Shown here one piece after another: positions 42,544-52,169 of a stretch of DNA of 64,000 bases. How positions within the stretch are numbered: the stretch's first letter is position 1; each line of letters opens with the position of its first letter. Location: the NCBI RefSeq assembly GCF_000006765.1, contig NC_002516.2. One strand, written 5' to 3'. A program made the position numbers and the translations under genes. This stretch comes from Pseudomonas aeruginosa PAO1 (GTDB lineage: Bacteria > Pseudomonadota > Gammaproteobacteria > Pseudomonadales > Pseudomonadaceae). The notes under the pieces are model-generated. The model made no database searches. It saw only the letters and a program-made list of their open reading frames with translations, and was not told where the DNA came from.

Positions 42544-43379
42544 AACGACTCTCCGGCAAATGGCTGGCGCTGCTGTTCCTGCTGCCCTTCGCGGCGTTCT
42601 TCGTGATTTTCCAGATAGCGCCGCTGGCCTGGGTCGCGCTGAACAGCCTGAAGGCCAGCGACGCCTGGAGCCTGGCCAACTACCTCGAGCTGTTCGGCTC
42701 GCCCTTCTACCGCCAGGCGATCCGCCACAGCCTGGAGATCGCCGGCTGGTCGAGCCTGCTCGGCCTGCTCATCGCGGTGCTCGGCAGCCATTCGCTGCGC
42801 CACGTCGACAGCCGCCTGCGCGACTTCGTCATGGCCTTCTCCAACATGACCAGCAACTTCGCCGGGGTACCGCTGGCGTTCGCCTTCATCATCCTGCTCG
42901 GCTTCAACGGCGCGCTGACCCTGTTGCTCAAGCAGGCCGGCTGGATCGACGACTTCAATCTCTACTCGAAGACCGGTCTGATAATCCTCTACACCTATTT
43001 CCAGATCCCCCTCGGGGTGATGCTGCTCTACCCGGCCTTCGACGCCCTGCGCGAGGACTGGCGCGAGTCCGCCGCGCTGCTCGGCGCCAACGGCTGGCAG
43101 TACTGGCGACACATCGGCATCCCGGTGCTGACCCCGGCGCTGCTGGGTACCTTCGTCATCCTCCTGGCCAACGCCCTCGGCGCCTACGCCACGGTGTACT
43201 CGCTGACCACCGGCAACTTCAACGTGATCCCGATCCGCATCGGCGCGCTGGTCGCCGGCGACGTGTTCCCCGACCCGAACATGGCCAGCGCCCTGGCCAT
43301 GGTGCTGGTCGGCCTGATGACCCTGATCACCCTGGTCCACCAATGGCTGCTGCGCAGGAGCTACCATGTCGCGCGCTGA
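42540..43379 (+). CDS. ABC permease
   Basis: TM helices; ESAALLGA EAA loop. Confidence 0.88.
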   Translation: MKRLSGKWLALLFLLPFAAFFVIFQIAPLAWVALNSLKASDAWSLANYLELFGSPFYRQAIRHSLEIAGWSSLLGLLIAVLGSHSLRHVDSRLRDFVMAFSNMTSNFAGVPLAFAFIILLGFNGALTLLLKQAGWIDDFNLYSKTGLIILYTYFQIPLGVMLLYPAFDALREDWRESAALLGANGWQYWRHIGIPVLTPALLGTFVILLANALGAYATVYSLTTGNFNVIPIRIGALVAGDVFPDPNMASALAMVLVGLMTLITLVHQWLLRRSYHVAR

Positions 43380-44163
43380 TCGACGTCCTGCCGCGCTCTA
43401 CCATCGCCTGGTGGTCTGCGCGCTGTTCCTGATCCTGGTCCTGCCGCTGGCGGCGACCCTGCTCTACTCGCTGGCCACCCAGTGGTCGGCGACCCTGCTG
43501 CCGGACGGCCTGACCCTGAAGTGGTACCTGACGCTGTGGAGCGACCAGCGCTTCCTGCTGGCCTTCGCCCGCTCGCTGCTGGTCTGCTTCGGCGCCCTGG
43601 CGTTCAGCGTGTTGCTGATCCTGCCGCTGATGTTCGTCATCCACTACCACTTCCCGCGCCTGGACGGCGTGATGAACGTGCTCATCCTGCTGCCCTTCGC
43701 GGTGCCGCCGATCGTCTCCTCGGTGGGCCTGCTGCAACTCTATGCCAGCGGGCCGCTGGAAATGATCGGCACGCCCTGGGTGCTGGTCGGCTGCTACTTC
43801 ACCATCGCCCTGCCGTTCATGTACCGGGCGATCACCAACAACCTGCAGGCGATCAACCTGCGCGACCTGATGGACGCCGCCCACCTGCTCGGCGCCAGCA
43901 CCTGGAAGGCGGCGCTGCTGGTCGTGCTGCCGAACCTGCGCAAGGGCGTGATGGTGGCCCTGCTGCTGTCGTTCTCCTTCCTCATCGGCGAATTTGTCTT
44001 CGCCAACCTGCTGGTCGGTACCCGCTACGAGACCCTGCAGGTGTTCCTCAACAACATGCGCAACAGCAGCGGCCACTACACCAGCGCAGTGGTGGTCTCC
44101 TACTTCGTGTTCGTCCTGGTCCTGACCTGGGCGGCCAATCGACTGAACAAGGACAAGGCCTGA
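43366..44163 (+). CDS. ABC permease
   Basis: TM helices; DAAHLLGAS loop. Confidence 0.88.
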   Translation: MSRADRRPAALYHRLVVCALFLILVLPLAATLLYSLATQWSATLLPDGLTLKWYLTLWSDQRFLLAFARSLLVCFGALAFSVLLILPLMFVIHYHFPRLDGVMNVLILLPFAVPPIVSSVGLLQLYASGPLEMIGTPWVLVGCYFTIALPFMYRAITNNLQAINLRDLMDAAHLLGASTWKAALLVVLPNLRKGVMVALLLSFSFLIGEFVFANLLVGTRYETLQVFLNNMRNSSGHYTSAVVVSYFVFVLVLTWAANRLNKDKA

Positions 44164-44165
44164 TC

Positions 44166-45161
44166 ATGTCGTTCGTCAGCGTCGAACAGCTCGACAAGAG
44201 CTACGGTGCCACCAGCATCTTCCGCGATATCGACTTCGCCGCCGCCCGCGGCGAGTTCGTCACCCTGCTCGGCCCCAGCGGCTGCGGCAAGTCCACCCTG
44301 CTGCGCTGCATCGCCGGGCTGACCGAGGTCGACAGCGGGCGCATCCTCATCGACGGCGAGGATGTGGTGCCTTTGCCGCCGCAGAAGCGCGGGATCGCCA
44401 TGGTGTTCCAGAGCTACGCGCTGTTCCCCAACATGACCGTGCAACAGAACGTCGCCTTCGGCCTGCGCATGCAGAAGGTGCCTGCGGCGGAACTGAAGCA
44501 GCGGGTCGCCGAAGCCATCGAACTGGTGGAACTGGGCGAGTACGCCGCACGCTACCCGCACCAACTCTCCGGCGGCCAGTGCCAGCGCGTGGCGCTGGCC
44601 CGCTCGCTGGTGACGCGCCCGCGCCTGCTGCTGCTCGACGAGCCGCTGTCGGCCCTCGACGCGCGCATCCGCAAGCACCTGCGCGAACAGATCCGCCGCA
44701 TCCAGCAGGAGCTGGGGCTGACCACGGTGTTCGTCACCCATGACCAGGAGGAAGCGCTGACCCTGTCCGACCGCATCGTCCTGATGAACGCCGGACGCAT
44801 CGTCCAGAGCGGCGACGCGGAGACCCTCTACACCGCGCCGGAAAACGCCTTCGCCGCCGGCTTCATCGGCAACTACAACCTGCTCGACGCCGAACAGGCC
44901 AGCCGCCTGCTCGGCCAGTCCTGCGCGCAACAGGTGGCGATCCGCCCGGAATCCCTGCGCCTGGGCAACGAACCGAGCGAAGGCGTGCCGGCGCTGGTAC
45001 GCTCGCACAGTCTGCTCGGCAACGTGATCCGTTACCGCGTCGAGGCCGCCGGGGTGGAACTCACCGTCGACGTCCTCAACCGCAGCGCAGACCGCCTGTA
45101 TCCGGCCGGCAGTCAGCTGACGCTGGTCATCGATCGCAACAGTATTCGAGAGGTAGCTTGA
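44166..45161 (+). CDS. ABC ATPase (PotA/PhnT-like, TOBE domain)
   Basis: GPSGCGKS, LSGGQCQR, LLDEPLSALD. Confidence 0.92.
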   Translation: MSFVSVEQLDKSYGATSIFRDIDFAAARGEFVTLLGPSGCGKSTLLRCIAGLTEVDSGRILIDGEDVVPLPPQKRGIAMVFQSYALFPNMTVQQNVAFGLRMQKVPAAELKQRVAEAIELVELGEYAARYPHQLSGGQCQRVALARSLVTRPRLLLLDEPLSALDARIRKHLREQIRRIQQELGLTTVFVTHDQEEALTLSDRIVLMNAGRIVQSGDAETLYTAPENAFAAGFIGNYNLLDAEQASRLLGQSCAQQVAIRPESLRLGNEPSEGVPALVRSHSLLGNVIRYRVEAAGVELTVDVLNRSADRLYPAGSQLTLVIDRNSIREVA

Positions 45162-45811
45162 TGAGCCTGGTGATCTTCGACCTGGACGAGACCATGATCC
45201 ACGGCGACTGCTCCAGCCTGTGGAGCCAGCGCATGGCGAGTCTCGGCTGGGTCGACGAATCCTTCGTCCGCCGCGACGCCGAACTGATGGAGCAGTACGC
45301 CGAAGGCAAGCTGTCCATGGACCTGTACATGGACTACACCCTGCAACCGCTGATCGGTCGCAGCGTCGAGGAAGTCGAGCGGGAAGTGGAGGCCTACGTC
45401 GAGGAGGTCATCGAGCCGCTGATCTACAGCGACGCCTGCGCCTGCCTGGCGCGCCACCGCAGCGCCAACGACCGGGTGCTGATCGTCTCCGCATCCGGGG
45501 TGCACCTGGTCAAGCCGATCGCGGCGCGGATCGGCGTCGACGAAGTCCTCGCCATCGATCTCGAAGTGCTCGACGGACACTACACCGGCCGCACCCTCGG
45601 CACCCTCACCTATCGCGAAGGCAAGGTATTGCGTCTGCTCGACCTGCTGGAAGGAGACGATCGCCAACTGGCCGACGCCTGGTTCTACTCGGATTCGCGC
45701 AACGACCTGCCGCTGCTGAAGCTGGTCGGCCATCCGAATACGGTCAATCCGGACCCGACCCTGCTCGCCTACGCCAAGGAAATGGGCTGGCCGGTCAACG
45801 CCTGGCGCTGA
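45161..45811 (+). CDS. HAD-IB phosphatase (SerB-like)
   Basis: FDLDET, VSAS, EGK, YSDSRND. Confidence 0.9.
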   Translation: MSLVIFDLDETMIHGDCSSLWSQRMASLGWVDESFVRRDAELMEQYAEGKLSMDLYMDYTLQPLIGRSVEEVEREVEAYVEEVIEPLIYSDACACLARHRSANDRVLIVSASGVHLVKPIAARIGVDEVLAIDLEVLDGHYTGRTLGTLTYREGKVLRLLDLLEGDDRQLADAWFYSDSRNDLPLLKLVGHPNTVNPDPTLLAYAKEMGWPVNAWR

Positions 45812-45871
45812 CAGGCTCGCTGCGAAAGCGCGAGCGGATCGCGCTTTCCATCGCGTCGCCGAAGCGGCCCT

Positions 45872-46834
45872 TCAGGCCAGCGACGGGTCCACCACCAGCA
45901 CGACCTTGCCCTGCACCTGGTTGCTCGCCAACGCCTCGAACGCCGCCTCGGCGTCGACGATCGGGAAGGTTCGCTCCAGCTGCGCGCGGAGTTTCCCGGC
46001 GGAGAACAATGGCCAGACCTTCAACCCCAGTTCGGCGATCAACTGCGCCTTGAACTCGGCATCACGGGTACGCAGGGTCGAGCCGGTCAACTGGATGCGT
46101 TTGCCTAGCAGTTGAGCCAGGTCCAGTTGCGCCTCGCGGCCGCCCATCAGGCCGATGATCACCCAGCGCCCGTCGCGCCGCAGCAACTCCAGGTTCAACC
46201 CGGCATAGCGGGCGCCGACCGGATCGAGGATCACGTCGAACGGGGCGAAATCGCGCAGCGATTCCAGGCTCTGCTTGCGCAGCACGCCGCCGGCGGCGCC
46301 CAGGGATTCGCAGTAGGCCAGGCGTTCGGCGGAACCGACGCTGACCCAGCAGGGGTTGCCGAACGCCTTGCACAATTGGATGCCGGCCGAACCGACGCCG
46401 CTGGCGCCGGCGTGCAGCAGCACTTTCTCGCCGGGCTGCAACGCCGCCAACTGGAACAGGTTCAGCCAGGCCGTGGCGTAGACCTCCGGAATCCCCGCCG
46501 CCTCCGCCAGGCTCAGCCCTGCCGGGACCGGCAGTACGTGGCGCGCGTCCACCACCACTTCCTCGGCCATGCCGCCGCCGGCGAGCAGCGCGCAGACCCG
46601 GTCGCCGACCTGCCAGGTGCAGCCCGCGCCCACCTCGCTGACCACACCCGCACACTCGAGCCCCAGCGCCGGGCTGGCGCCGGGTGGCGGCGGGTAGAGC
46701 CCGGCCTTCTGCAACAGGTCGGCGCGGTTGAGTCCGGCGGCCGCCACGCGGATGCGGATTTCGCCCTGACCGCAGGACGGGGCGGCGATTTCCGACCACT
46801 CGACACGACCTTCGATACCTTGCAATGCGTTCAC
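45872..46834 (-). CDS. NAD(P)H-quinone oxidoreductase (zeta-crystallin/PIG3 type)
   Basis: GLNRADLLQ, LHAGASGVGSAG. Confidence 0.9.
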   Translation of the reverse strand: MNALQGIEGRVEWSEIAAPSCGQGEIRIRVAAAGLNRADLLQKAGLYPPPPGASPALGLECAGVVSEVGAGCTWQVGDRVCALLAGGGMAEEVVVDARHVLPVPAGLSLAEAAGIPEVYATAWLNLFQLAALQPGEKVLLHAGASGVGSAGIQLCKAFGNPCWVSVGSAERLAYCESLGAAGGVLRKQSLESLRDFAPFDVILDPVGARYAGLNLELLRRDGRWVIIGLMGGREAQLDLAQLLGKRIQLTGSTLRTRDAEFKAQLIAELGLKVWPLFSAGKLRAQLERTFPIVDAEAAFEALASNQVQGKVVLVVDPSLA

Positions 46835-46963
46835 GCTGCCTCCATAGTGGGGTTGTCACGGCCCGATCACCCAGAGTCGGGCTTTTTGCATTGCGCCAAG
46901 GGAACCCGGCGCCGGCTAATAAGGCCTAATATGCGTCATTACTCCGCGATCAGTCGAATCAGC

Positions 46964-49060
46964 ATGAAGCGTTTTCTGCCCCGTACCGCCCTGTTGCTCC
47001 TCCTCGGCGCCAGTTCGCTGCCGCTGTTCGCCTCGACCGCCGTCTCCGTCGGCAGCGCCCAGAATTCCTGGGACAGCCTGCAGCCGGACCGCGAGCAGGT
47101 CATCGCCAGCCTCAACGTCGTGGAACTGCTCAAGCGGCACCACTACAACAAGCCGCCGCTGAACGATGAACGCTCGGCCAAGATCTACGACAGCTACCTG
47201 AAGATGCTCGATCCGGCGCGGATGTACTTCACCGCCGGCGACATCGCCGAGTTCGATCGCTGGCGCAACAGGTTCGACGACTTCCTCAAGAGCGGCGACC
47301 TCGATCCCGGCTTCGTCATCTACAAGCGCCACCTCGACCGCCTGAAAGGTCGGCTCGACTACGCCCTGGCGATGCTCGACAAGGGCGTCGACAAGATCGA
47401 CTTCAGCGTCGACGAGAGCCTGCTGATCGACCGCGAAAAGGCCCCCTGGGCGAAGGACACCGCAGAGCTCGACGACCTCTGGCGCAAGAAGGTGAAGGAC
47501 GAGGTCCTGCGCCTGAAGATCACCGGCAAGGACGACAAGGCGATCCAGGAACAGCTCACCAAGCGCTACAAGAACCAGCTGTCGCGCCTGAAGCAGACCC
47601 GCAGCGAAGACATCTTCCAGGCCTACATCAACGCCTTCGCCCAGTCCTACGATCCGCACACCCAGTACCTGTCGCCGGACAACGCGGAAAACTTCGACAT
47701 CAACATGAGCCTCTCGCTGGAAGGCATCGGCGCGGTGCTGCAGAGCGACAACGACTACGTCAAGGTCGTACGCCTGGTGCCGGCCGGCCCGGCGGCGAAG
47801 AGCAAGCAGATCGCCACCTCCGACAAGATCATCGGCGTCGCCCAGGGCAAGGGCGAAATGGTCGACGTAGTCGGCTGGCGCCTGGATGAAGTGGTCAAGC
47901 TGATCCGTGGGCCGAAAGGTTCCCAGGTACGCCTGGAAGTGATTCCGGCGAGCAACGCGCCGAACGACCAGACCAGCAAGATCGTCGCCATCACCCGCGA
48001 GGCGGTGAAGCTGGAGGACCAGGCGGCGAAGAAATCCATCATCAAGGTCGACCACGAAGGCCGCAGCTACAAGCTCGGCGTGATCGACCTGCCCGCCTTC
48101 TACCTGGACTTCAAGGCCTACCGCGCCGGCGACCCGAACTACAAGAGCACCACCCGCGACGTGAAGAAGCTGGTCGCCGAATTGCAGAAGGACAAGGTCG
48201 ACGGCATCGTCCTCGACCTGCGCAACAACGGCGGCGGCTCCCTGCAGGAGGCCACCGAGCTGACCGGCCTGTTCATCGACCAGGGCCCGACCGTACTGGT
48301 GCGCAACAGCGACGGCCGCGTCGACGTGCTCAACGACGACGAAGGCAAGGCCTTCTATACCGGCCCGCTGGCGGTACTGGTCAACCGTCTCTCGGCCTCC
48401 GCCTCGGAGATCTTCGCCGGCGCCATGCAGGACTACCACCGCGCGCTGATCCTCGGTGGACAGACCTTCGGCAAGGGCACCGTGCAGACCATCCAGCCGC
48501 TCAACCACGGCGAACTGAAGCTGACCCTGGCGAAGTTCTACCGTGTCTCCGGGCAGAGCACCCAGCACCAGGGCGTGATCCCGGACATCAGCTACCCGTC
48601 CATCGTCGACGACAAGGAAATCGGCGAAAGCGCCCTGCCCGACTCGATGCCCTGGGACACCATCCGCCCGGTGGTGAAGGACGAGGCCAACCCGTTCAAG
48701 CCGTTCCTCGCGCAACTCAAGGCCCAGCACGACGCGCGCACCGAGAACAACGCCGACTTCGTCTACGCCCGCGAGCGCCTGGCGCTGGCCCAGGAGCTGA
48801 TGAAGGAGAAGACCGTCAGCCTGAACGAGGCCAAGCGCCGCGCCCAGCAGACCAGCATCGAGAACCGCCAGTTGGCCATGGAGAACGCCCTGCGCAAGTC
48901 CAAGGGCCAGGAGCCGCTGAAGGAACTCAAGCGCGAGGACGAGAACGCCCTGCCGGAAGAGGACGACAAGACCAAGCCGCAGGACGACGCCTACCTCACC
49001 GAGTCCGGGCACATCCTGCTGGACTACCTGAACCTCAACTCGGCGGTGGCCAAGCACTGA
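46964..49060 (+). CDS. prc: Carboxy-terminal processing protease
   Basis: Signal peptide; PDZ; DLRNNGGG, SASASE, TFGKGTVQ; 698 aa. Confidence 0.95.
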   Translation: MKRFLPRTALLLLLGASSLPLFASTAVSVGSAQNSWDSLQPDREQVIASLNVVELLKRHHYNKPPLNDERSAKIYDSYLKMLDPARMYFTAGDIAEFDRWRNRFDDFLKSGDLDPGFVIYKRHLDRLKGRLDYALAMLDKGVDKIDFSVDESLLIDREKAPWAKDTAELDDLWRKKVKDEVLRLKITGKDDKAIQEQLTKRYKNQLSRLKQTRSEDIFQAYINAFAQSYDPHTQYLSPDNAENFDINMSLSLEGIGAVLQSDNDYVKVVRLVPAGPAAKSKQIATSDKIIGVAQGKGEMVDVVGWRLDEVVKLIRGPKGSQVRLEVIPASNAPNDQTSKIVAITREAVKLEDQAAKKSIIKVDHEGRSYKLGVIDLPAFYLDFKAYRAGDPNYKSTTRDVKKLVAELQKDKVDGIVLDLRNNGGGSLQEATELTGLFIDQGPTVLVRNSDGRVDVLNDDEGKAFYTGPLAVLVNRLSASASEIFAGAMQDYHRALILGGQTFGKGTVQTIQPLNHGELKLTLAKFYRVSGQSTQHQGVIPDISYPSIVDDKEIGESALPDSMPWDTIRPVVKDEANPFKPFLAQLKAQHDARTENNADFVYARERLALAQELMKEKTVSLNEAKRRAQQTSIENRQLAMENALRKSKGQEPLKELKREDENALPEEDDKTKPQDDAYLTESGHILLDYLNLNSAVAKH

Positions 49061-49071
49061 GTTCAGCGGGA

Positions 49072-49100
49072 GCGTCATAAAACAGTCATGGGACTGTCGT
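49072..49100 (+). promoter_or_regulatory. Pho box (three half-sites)
   Basis: GCGTCAT-AAAA-CAGTCAT-GGGA-CTGTCGT at 11-bp period. Confidence 0.7.
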
Positions 49101-49108
49101 GAAATACG

Positions 49109-49135
49109 GGGCCGGTTGCACAACCGGCCCTTTTT
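49109..49135 (+). terminator. Intrinsic terminator (probably of prc)
   Basis: GGGCCGGTT-GCAC-AACCGGCCC followed by TTTTT. Confidence 0.7.
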
Positions 49136-49155
49136 CATTGCGACGAGAGCGTTCC

Positions 49156-50904
49156 ATGACCGTCACCGAGCAGTTGAGCGCCCTGGACAGCATCCTGGCC
49201 CACGGCGACCTGCACTGCCTGTTCCAGCCCATCCTCTCGCTTTCCGAACGGCGCCTGGTCGGCTACGAAGCGCTGACCCGCGGTCCGTCCAACAGCCCGC
49301 TGCACTCGCCCCTGGCGCTGTTCGCCGTGGCCCGCCAATGCGGACGGCTGAGCGAACTGGAACTACTCTGCCGACAACGCGCCTTCAGCCGCTTCCGCGA
49401 CATCCAGGGCGACGCCATGCTGTTCCTCAACATCTCCCCGGAGTCCCTCCTCGAGGCCGGCCATCCGCCCGGCCGCACCCTGCAATTGCTGCAACAGCTG
49501 GGGATCTCGCCGAACCGGGTGGTGATCGAACTGACCGAACAGACCCCCATCGACGACTTCGACCTGCTCGACACCGCGCTGCACCACTATCGCTCCATGG
49601 GCTTCTCCATCGCCCTCGACGACCTCGGCGCTGGCTACTCCAGCCTGCGCCTGTGGTCGGAACTGCGTCCGGACTACGTGAAGATCGACCGCCACTTCGT
49701 CGACGGCATCCACCTGGACACCGTGAAACGCGAGTTCGTCGGCTCCATCCTGAAGATGGCGCGGGCCTCTCGCGCCCAGGTCATCGCCGAAGGCATCGAA
49801 CTGCCCGAGGAACTCGCGGTACTTAGCGAGATGGGGGTCGACCTGGTGCAAGGCTATCTGTTCGGCCGCCCGCAGGAACACCCGGCGAGCGACGTACAAC
49901 AGATGCTGCCCAGCGCTGACGCCCCCAGCCAGTCTTCCAGCGACGAGCACGGCGACCTGCGTGCGCTGCTGCTGGAACAGCGCGCGGTCGACGTTCGCAC
50001 CTCGACCCAGGAAGTGGTGGAAATCTTCCGCCGCCAGGCCAACCTGAACTCCCTGGCGATCCTCGACGAAGAAGGGCGTCCCATCGGCATCGTCCATCGC
50101 CACGCGCTCACCGACGCCTTGCTCCGGCCCTTCGCCTGCGACCTGTTCCTGCGCAAGCCGATCAGCCGCCTGATGAGCGACGATTTTCTCGCCGTGGAAC
50201 TCGGCCAGACCCTGCAGCAGGTCAGCCGCCTGCTGACCAGCCGCGCACGCCAGCGTATCGAGGAAGATTTCATCGTCACCCGCGGCGGGCACTATGCGGG
50301 CATGGGCCGGGTGATCGACGTGCTCAGGCTGATCACCGAGGAAAAGCTCCAGCAGGCGCGGCACGCCAATCCGCTCACCTTGCTTCCCGGCAACGTGCCG
50401 ATTCAGCAATGCCTCGAACGCCTGCTGCAACAAAGGCGCGAGGCGGTGATCTGCTACATCGACGTCGACAGCTTCAAACCCTTCAACGATCTCTACGGCT
50501 ACGCCCGCGGCGACGAGGTCCTGCTGTGCCTGGCACAGTGCCTGAGCGAACGGATCGACCCGGGCAGCGACTTCGTCGGCCACATCGGCGGCGACGACTT
50601 CATGCTGGTGCTCGGCCCCGAGGACTGGCGCACACGGATCGACCGGTTGCTGGAAACCTTCCAGAGCCAATGCCGGCGCTTCTACAGCCGCGAGCACCTG
50701 GAAGCCGGCTGTTTCGTTGCGCACAACCGCCATGGCCAGCGCGAGGAGTACCCGCTGCTGTCATTGTCCGTCGGCGTGGTGCACCTACCGGCCGAAGCCT
50801 GCCAGGGAATGGATGCCGCGCACCTGGCGACGCTGGCCTCCGAGGCCAAGCGCCAGGCCAAGGCGGTGCCAGGCTACAGCCTGCACCTGATCGAGGCCGC
50901 CTGA
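49156..50904 (+). CDS. EAL-CBS-GGDEF c-di-GMP protein (RapA-like)
   Basis: Intact EAL motifs (YEAL, LNIS, IELTE, DDLGAGYSS, KID, AEGIE, QGY); CBS; GGDDF variant; start placed downstream of the Pho box. Confidence 0.88.
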   Translation: MTVTEQLSALDSILAHGDLHCLFQPILSLSERRLVGYEALTRGPSNSPLHSPLALFAVARQCGRLSELELLCRQRAFSRFRDIQGDAMLFLNISPESLLEAGHPPGRTLQLLQQLGISPNRVVIELTEQTPIDDFDLLDTALHHYRSMGFSIALDDLGAGYSSLRLWSELRPDYVKIDRHFVDGIHLDTVKREFVGSILKMARASRAQVIAEGIELPEELAVLSEMGVDLVQGYLFGRPQEHPASDVQQMLPSADAPSQSSSDEHGDLRALLLEQRAVDVRTSTQEVVEIFRRQANLNSLAILDEEGRPIGIVHRHALTDALLRPFACDLFLRKPISRLMSDDFLAVELGQTLQQVSRLLTSRARQRIEEDFIVTRGGHYAGMGRVIDVLRLITEEKLQQARHANPLTLLPGNVPIQQCLERLLQQRREAVICYIDVDSFKPFNDLYGYARGDEVLLCLAQCLSERIDPGSDFVGHIGGDDFMLVLGPEDWRTRIDRLLETFQSQCRRFYSREHLEAGCFVAHNRHGQREEYPLLSLSVGVVHLPAEACQGMDAAHLATLASEAKRQAKAVPGYSLHLIEAA

Positions 50905-50917
50905 ACCGTTCGTTCAG

Positions 50918-51397
50918 CTAGAGACCGAGCGCGGACGCCCGTTGCGCATAGTGCTCGGCGCGCTCGCTGTCCGGCGCCAGGCCCGGGCCTCCATCGCGGT
51001 AGAGTTCCGCCAGCTTGCGCGCCGCCAGCGGGTGGCCCGCCTCTGCCGCTAGTGCCCAGTGGCGGCTGGCTGCCAGCGCGTCGGGCGCTTGCCGGCTGTC
51101 GCCCTTGAGCGCCTGCACGCCGAGCTGGTAGGCCGATTTCCCATCGCCCGCGCTGGCAGCCAGGCGCAGCAGGCGCAGGCCCTCCTCGCGTGCGCCGAAG
51201 CCCTGTCCACGGAACAGCAGCAGGTGACCGTAGAACGCCTGGGCGTCGCGGTGTCCGAGGTTGGCCATGCGCGAGAACTGCCCCTGCATCCACTGCCAGG
51301 CTCGCGGCTGCTTGACCAGCCAGGGCCAGCCCAGCAACTGCCGGGCCACGCCGTAACCGAGGCGGGCGCGCAGGCGCCAGATCCATTCAGAGTTCAT
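50918..51397 (-). CDS. Sel1-repeat protein
   Basis: A..GD.KSAYQLG and WALAAEAGHPLAARKLAELY repeats. Confidence 0.8.
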   Translation of the reverse strand: MNSEWIWRLRARLGYGVARQLLGWPWLVKQPRAWQWMQGQFSRMANLGHRDAQAFYGHLLLFRGQGFGAREEGLRLLRLAASAGDGKSAYQLGVQALKGDSRQAPDALAASRHWALAAEAGHPLAARKLAELYRDGGPGLAPDSERAEHYAQRASALGL

Positions 51398-51752
51398 CGG
51401 GATACTCGAATTCGAAGACACGGACCACTTCCGCCGCATGCCAGCCAGCCGCGGCCGGGCCGTCCGGCGGACCGGAAAAACGCCCGAGGCGCTCCACGCA
51501 CTCGAAGAAACCGGTGCGCGGCAAGCGGCTTGCGCCCTGGCTGATGACCAGCGAACTGCGCAACGGACGCCCCGAGCGCGCATCCAGCGATGCCAGGTGC
51601 TCGAGAGCCGCGGTGAGGGTGGTCATCGCCGGAGTCGGCAGTTGCAGGCGCTCGATCAGCGCCCGGTAGGTGAGCAGATGACGCTGGCGACGCGCATCCT
51701 CGATTTCCAGCAGCAGGCTATCCCAGTGTTTACGGCTGATCAGCACACTCAA
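51387..51752 (-). CDS. Hypothetical protein, winged-helix-like
   Basis: TTG/GTG start 3-9 nt after the XRE stop; LTYRAL...GRPLRSSLVI...GFF pattern; stop overlaps the Sel1 start. Confidence 0.7.
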   Translation of the reverse strand: MSVLISRKHWDSLLLEIEDARRQRHLLTYRALIERLQLPTPAMTTLTAALEHLASLDARSGRPLRSSLVISQGASRLPRTGFFECVERLGRFSGPPDGPAAAGWHAAEVVRVFEFEYPDEL

Positions 51753-51754
51753 GG

Positions 51755-52066
51755 TCAGGCCCCCGTCGCTTTGCCCAGCACACGCTCCAGGGCGAACAGG
51801 ATGGCCTCGCTGGCCTCGCGTTCGCCGCGTTCGATCATCGCCATGTAGGAAGGACTGATACCGACCTCCCGGGCCACCTGTTCCAGGCTCAGGCCGCGCG
51901 CCTCGCGGCGCTCCAGCAGACTCGCGGAAGGCGGCGCCGGCGCGGTCGTCTCCACCGCGACACTGGCGGCCGGGCGACCGGCGGCGGCCAGCAACGCCTG
52001 GTATTCGGCCCAGGGCAACACCGCGTATTCCGCCTCGCCGTCTCGCGTGATCACTTGGACATTCAT
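51755..52066 (-). CDS. XRE HTH protein with Phd/YefM-like N-terminus
   Basis: AAGGAG RBS; VITRDGEAEYAVLPWAEY; RGLSLEQVAREVGISPSYMAMIERG. Confidence 0.85.
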   Translation of the reverse strand: MNVQVITRDGEAEYAVLPWAEYQALLAAAGRPAASVAVETTAPAPPSASLLERREARGLSLEQVAREVGISPSYMAMIERGEREASEAILFALERVLGKATGA

Positions 52067-52169
52067 GTCGGTCTCCTTGCAAGCCGCCATCTTATCAGGC
52101 ACCGCGCCGCTGCGGACTGGCTATACTGCTGCCCTGGTCACACAGTCTGCCTGGTGGAGGAGCCCACGG

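Noticed and set aside
46112-46963. 982-aa N-terminally extended Prc
   Set aside because: The extension is antisense to the quinone oxidoreductase; a signal peptide begins at ATG 46964.
51387-52082. 231-aa ORF-track call spanning the XRE gene
   Set aside because: Its N-terminal half is an off-frame shadow of the XRE gene; the real start is near 51752/51746.
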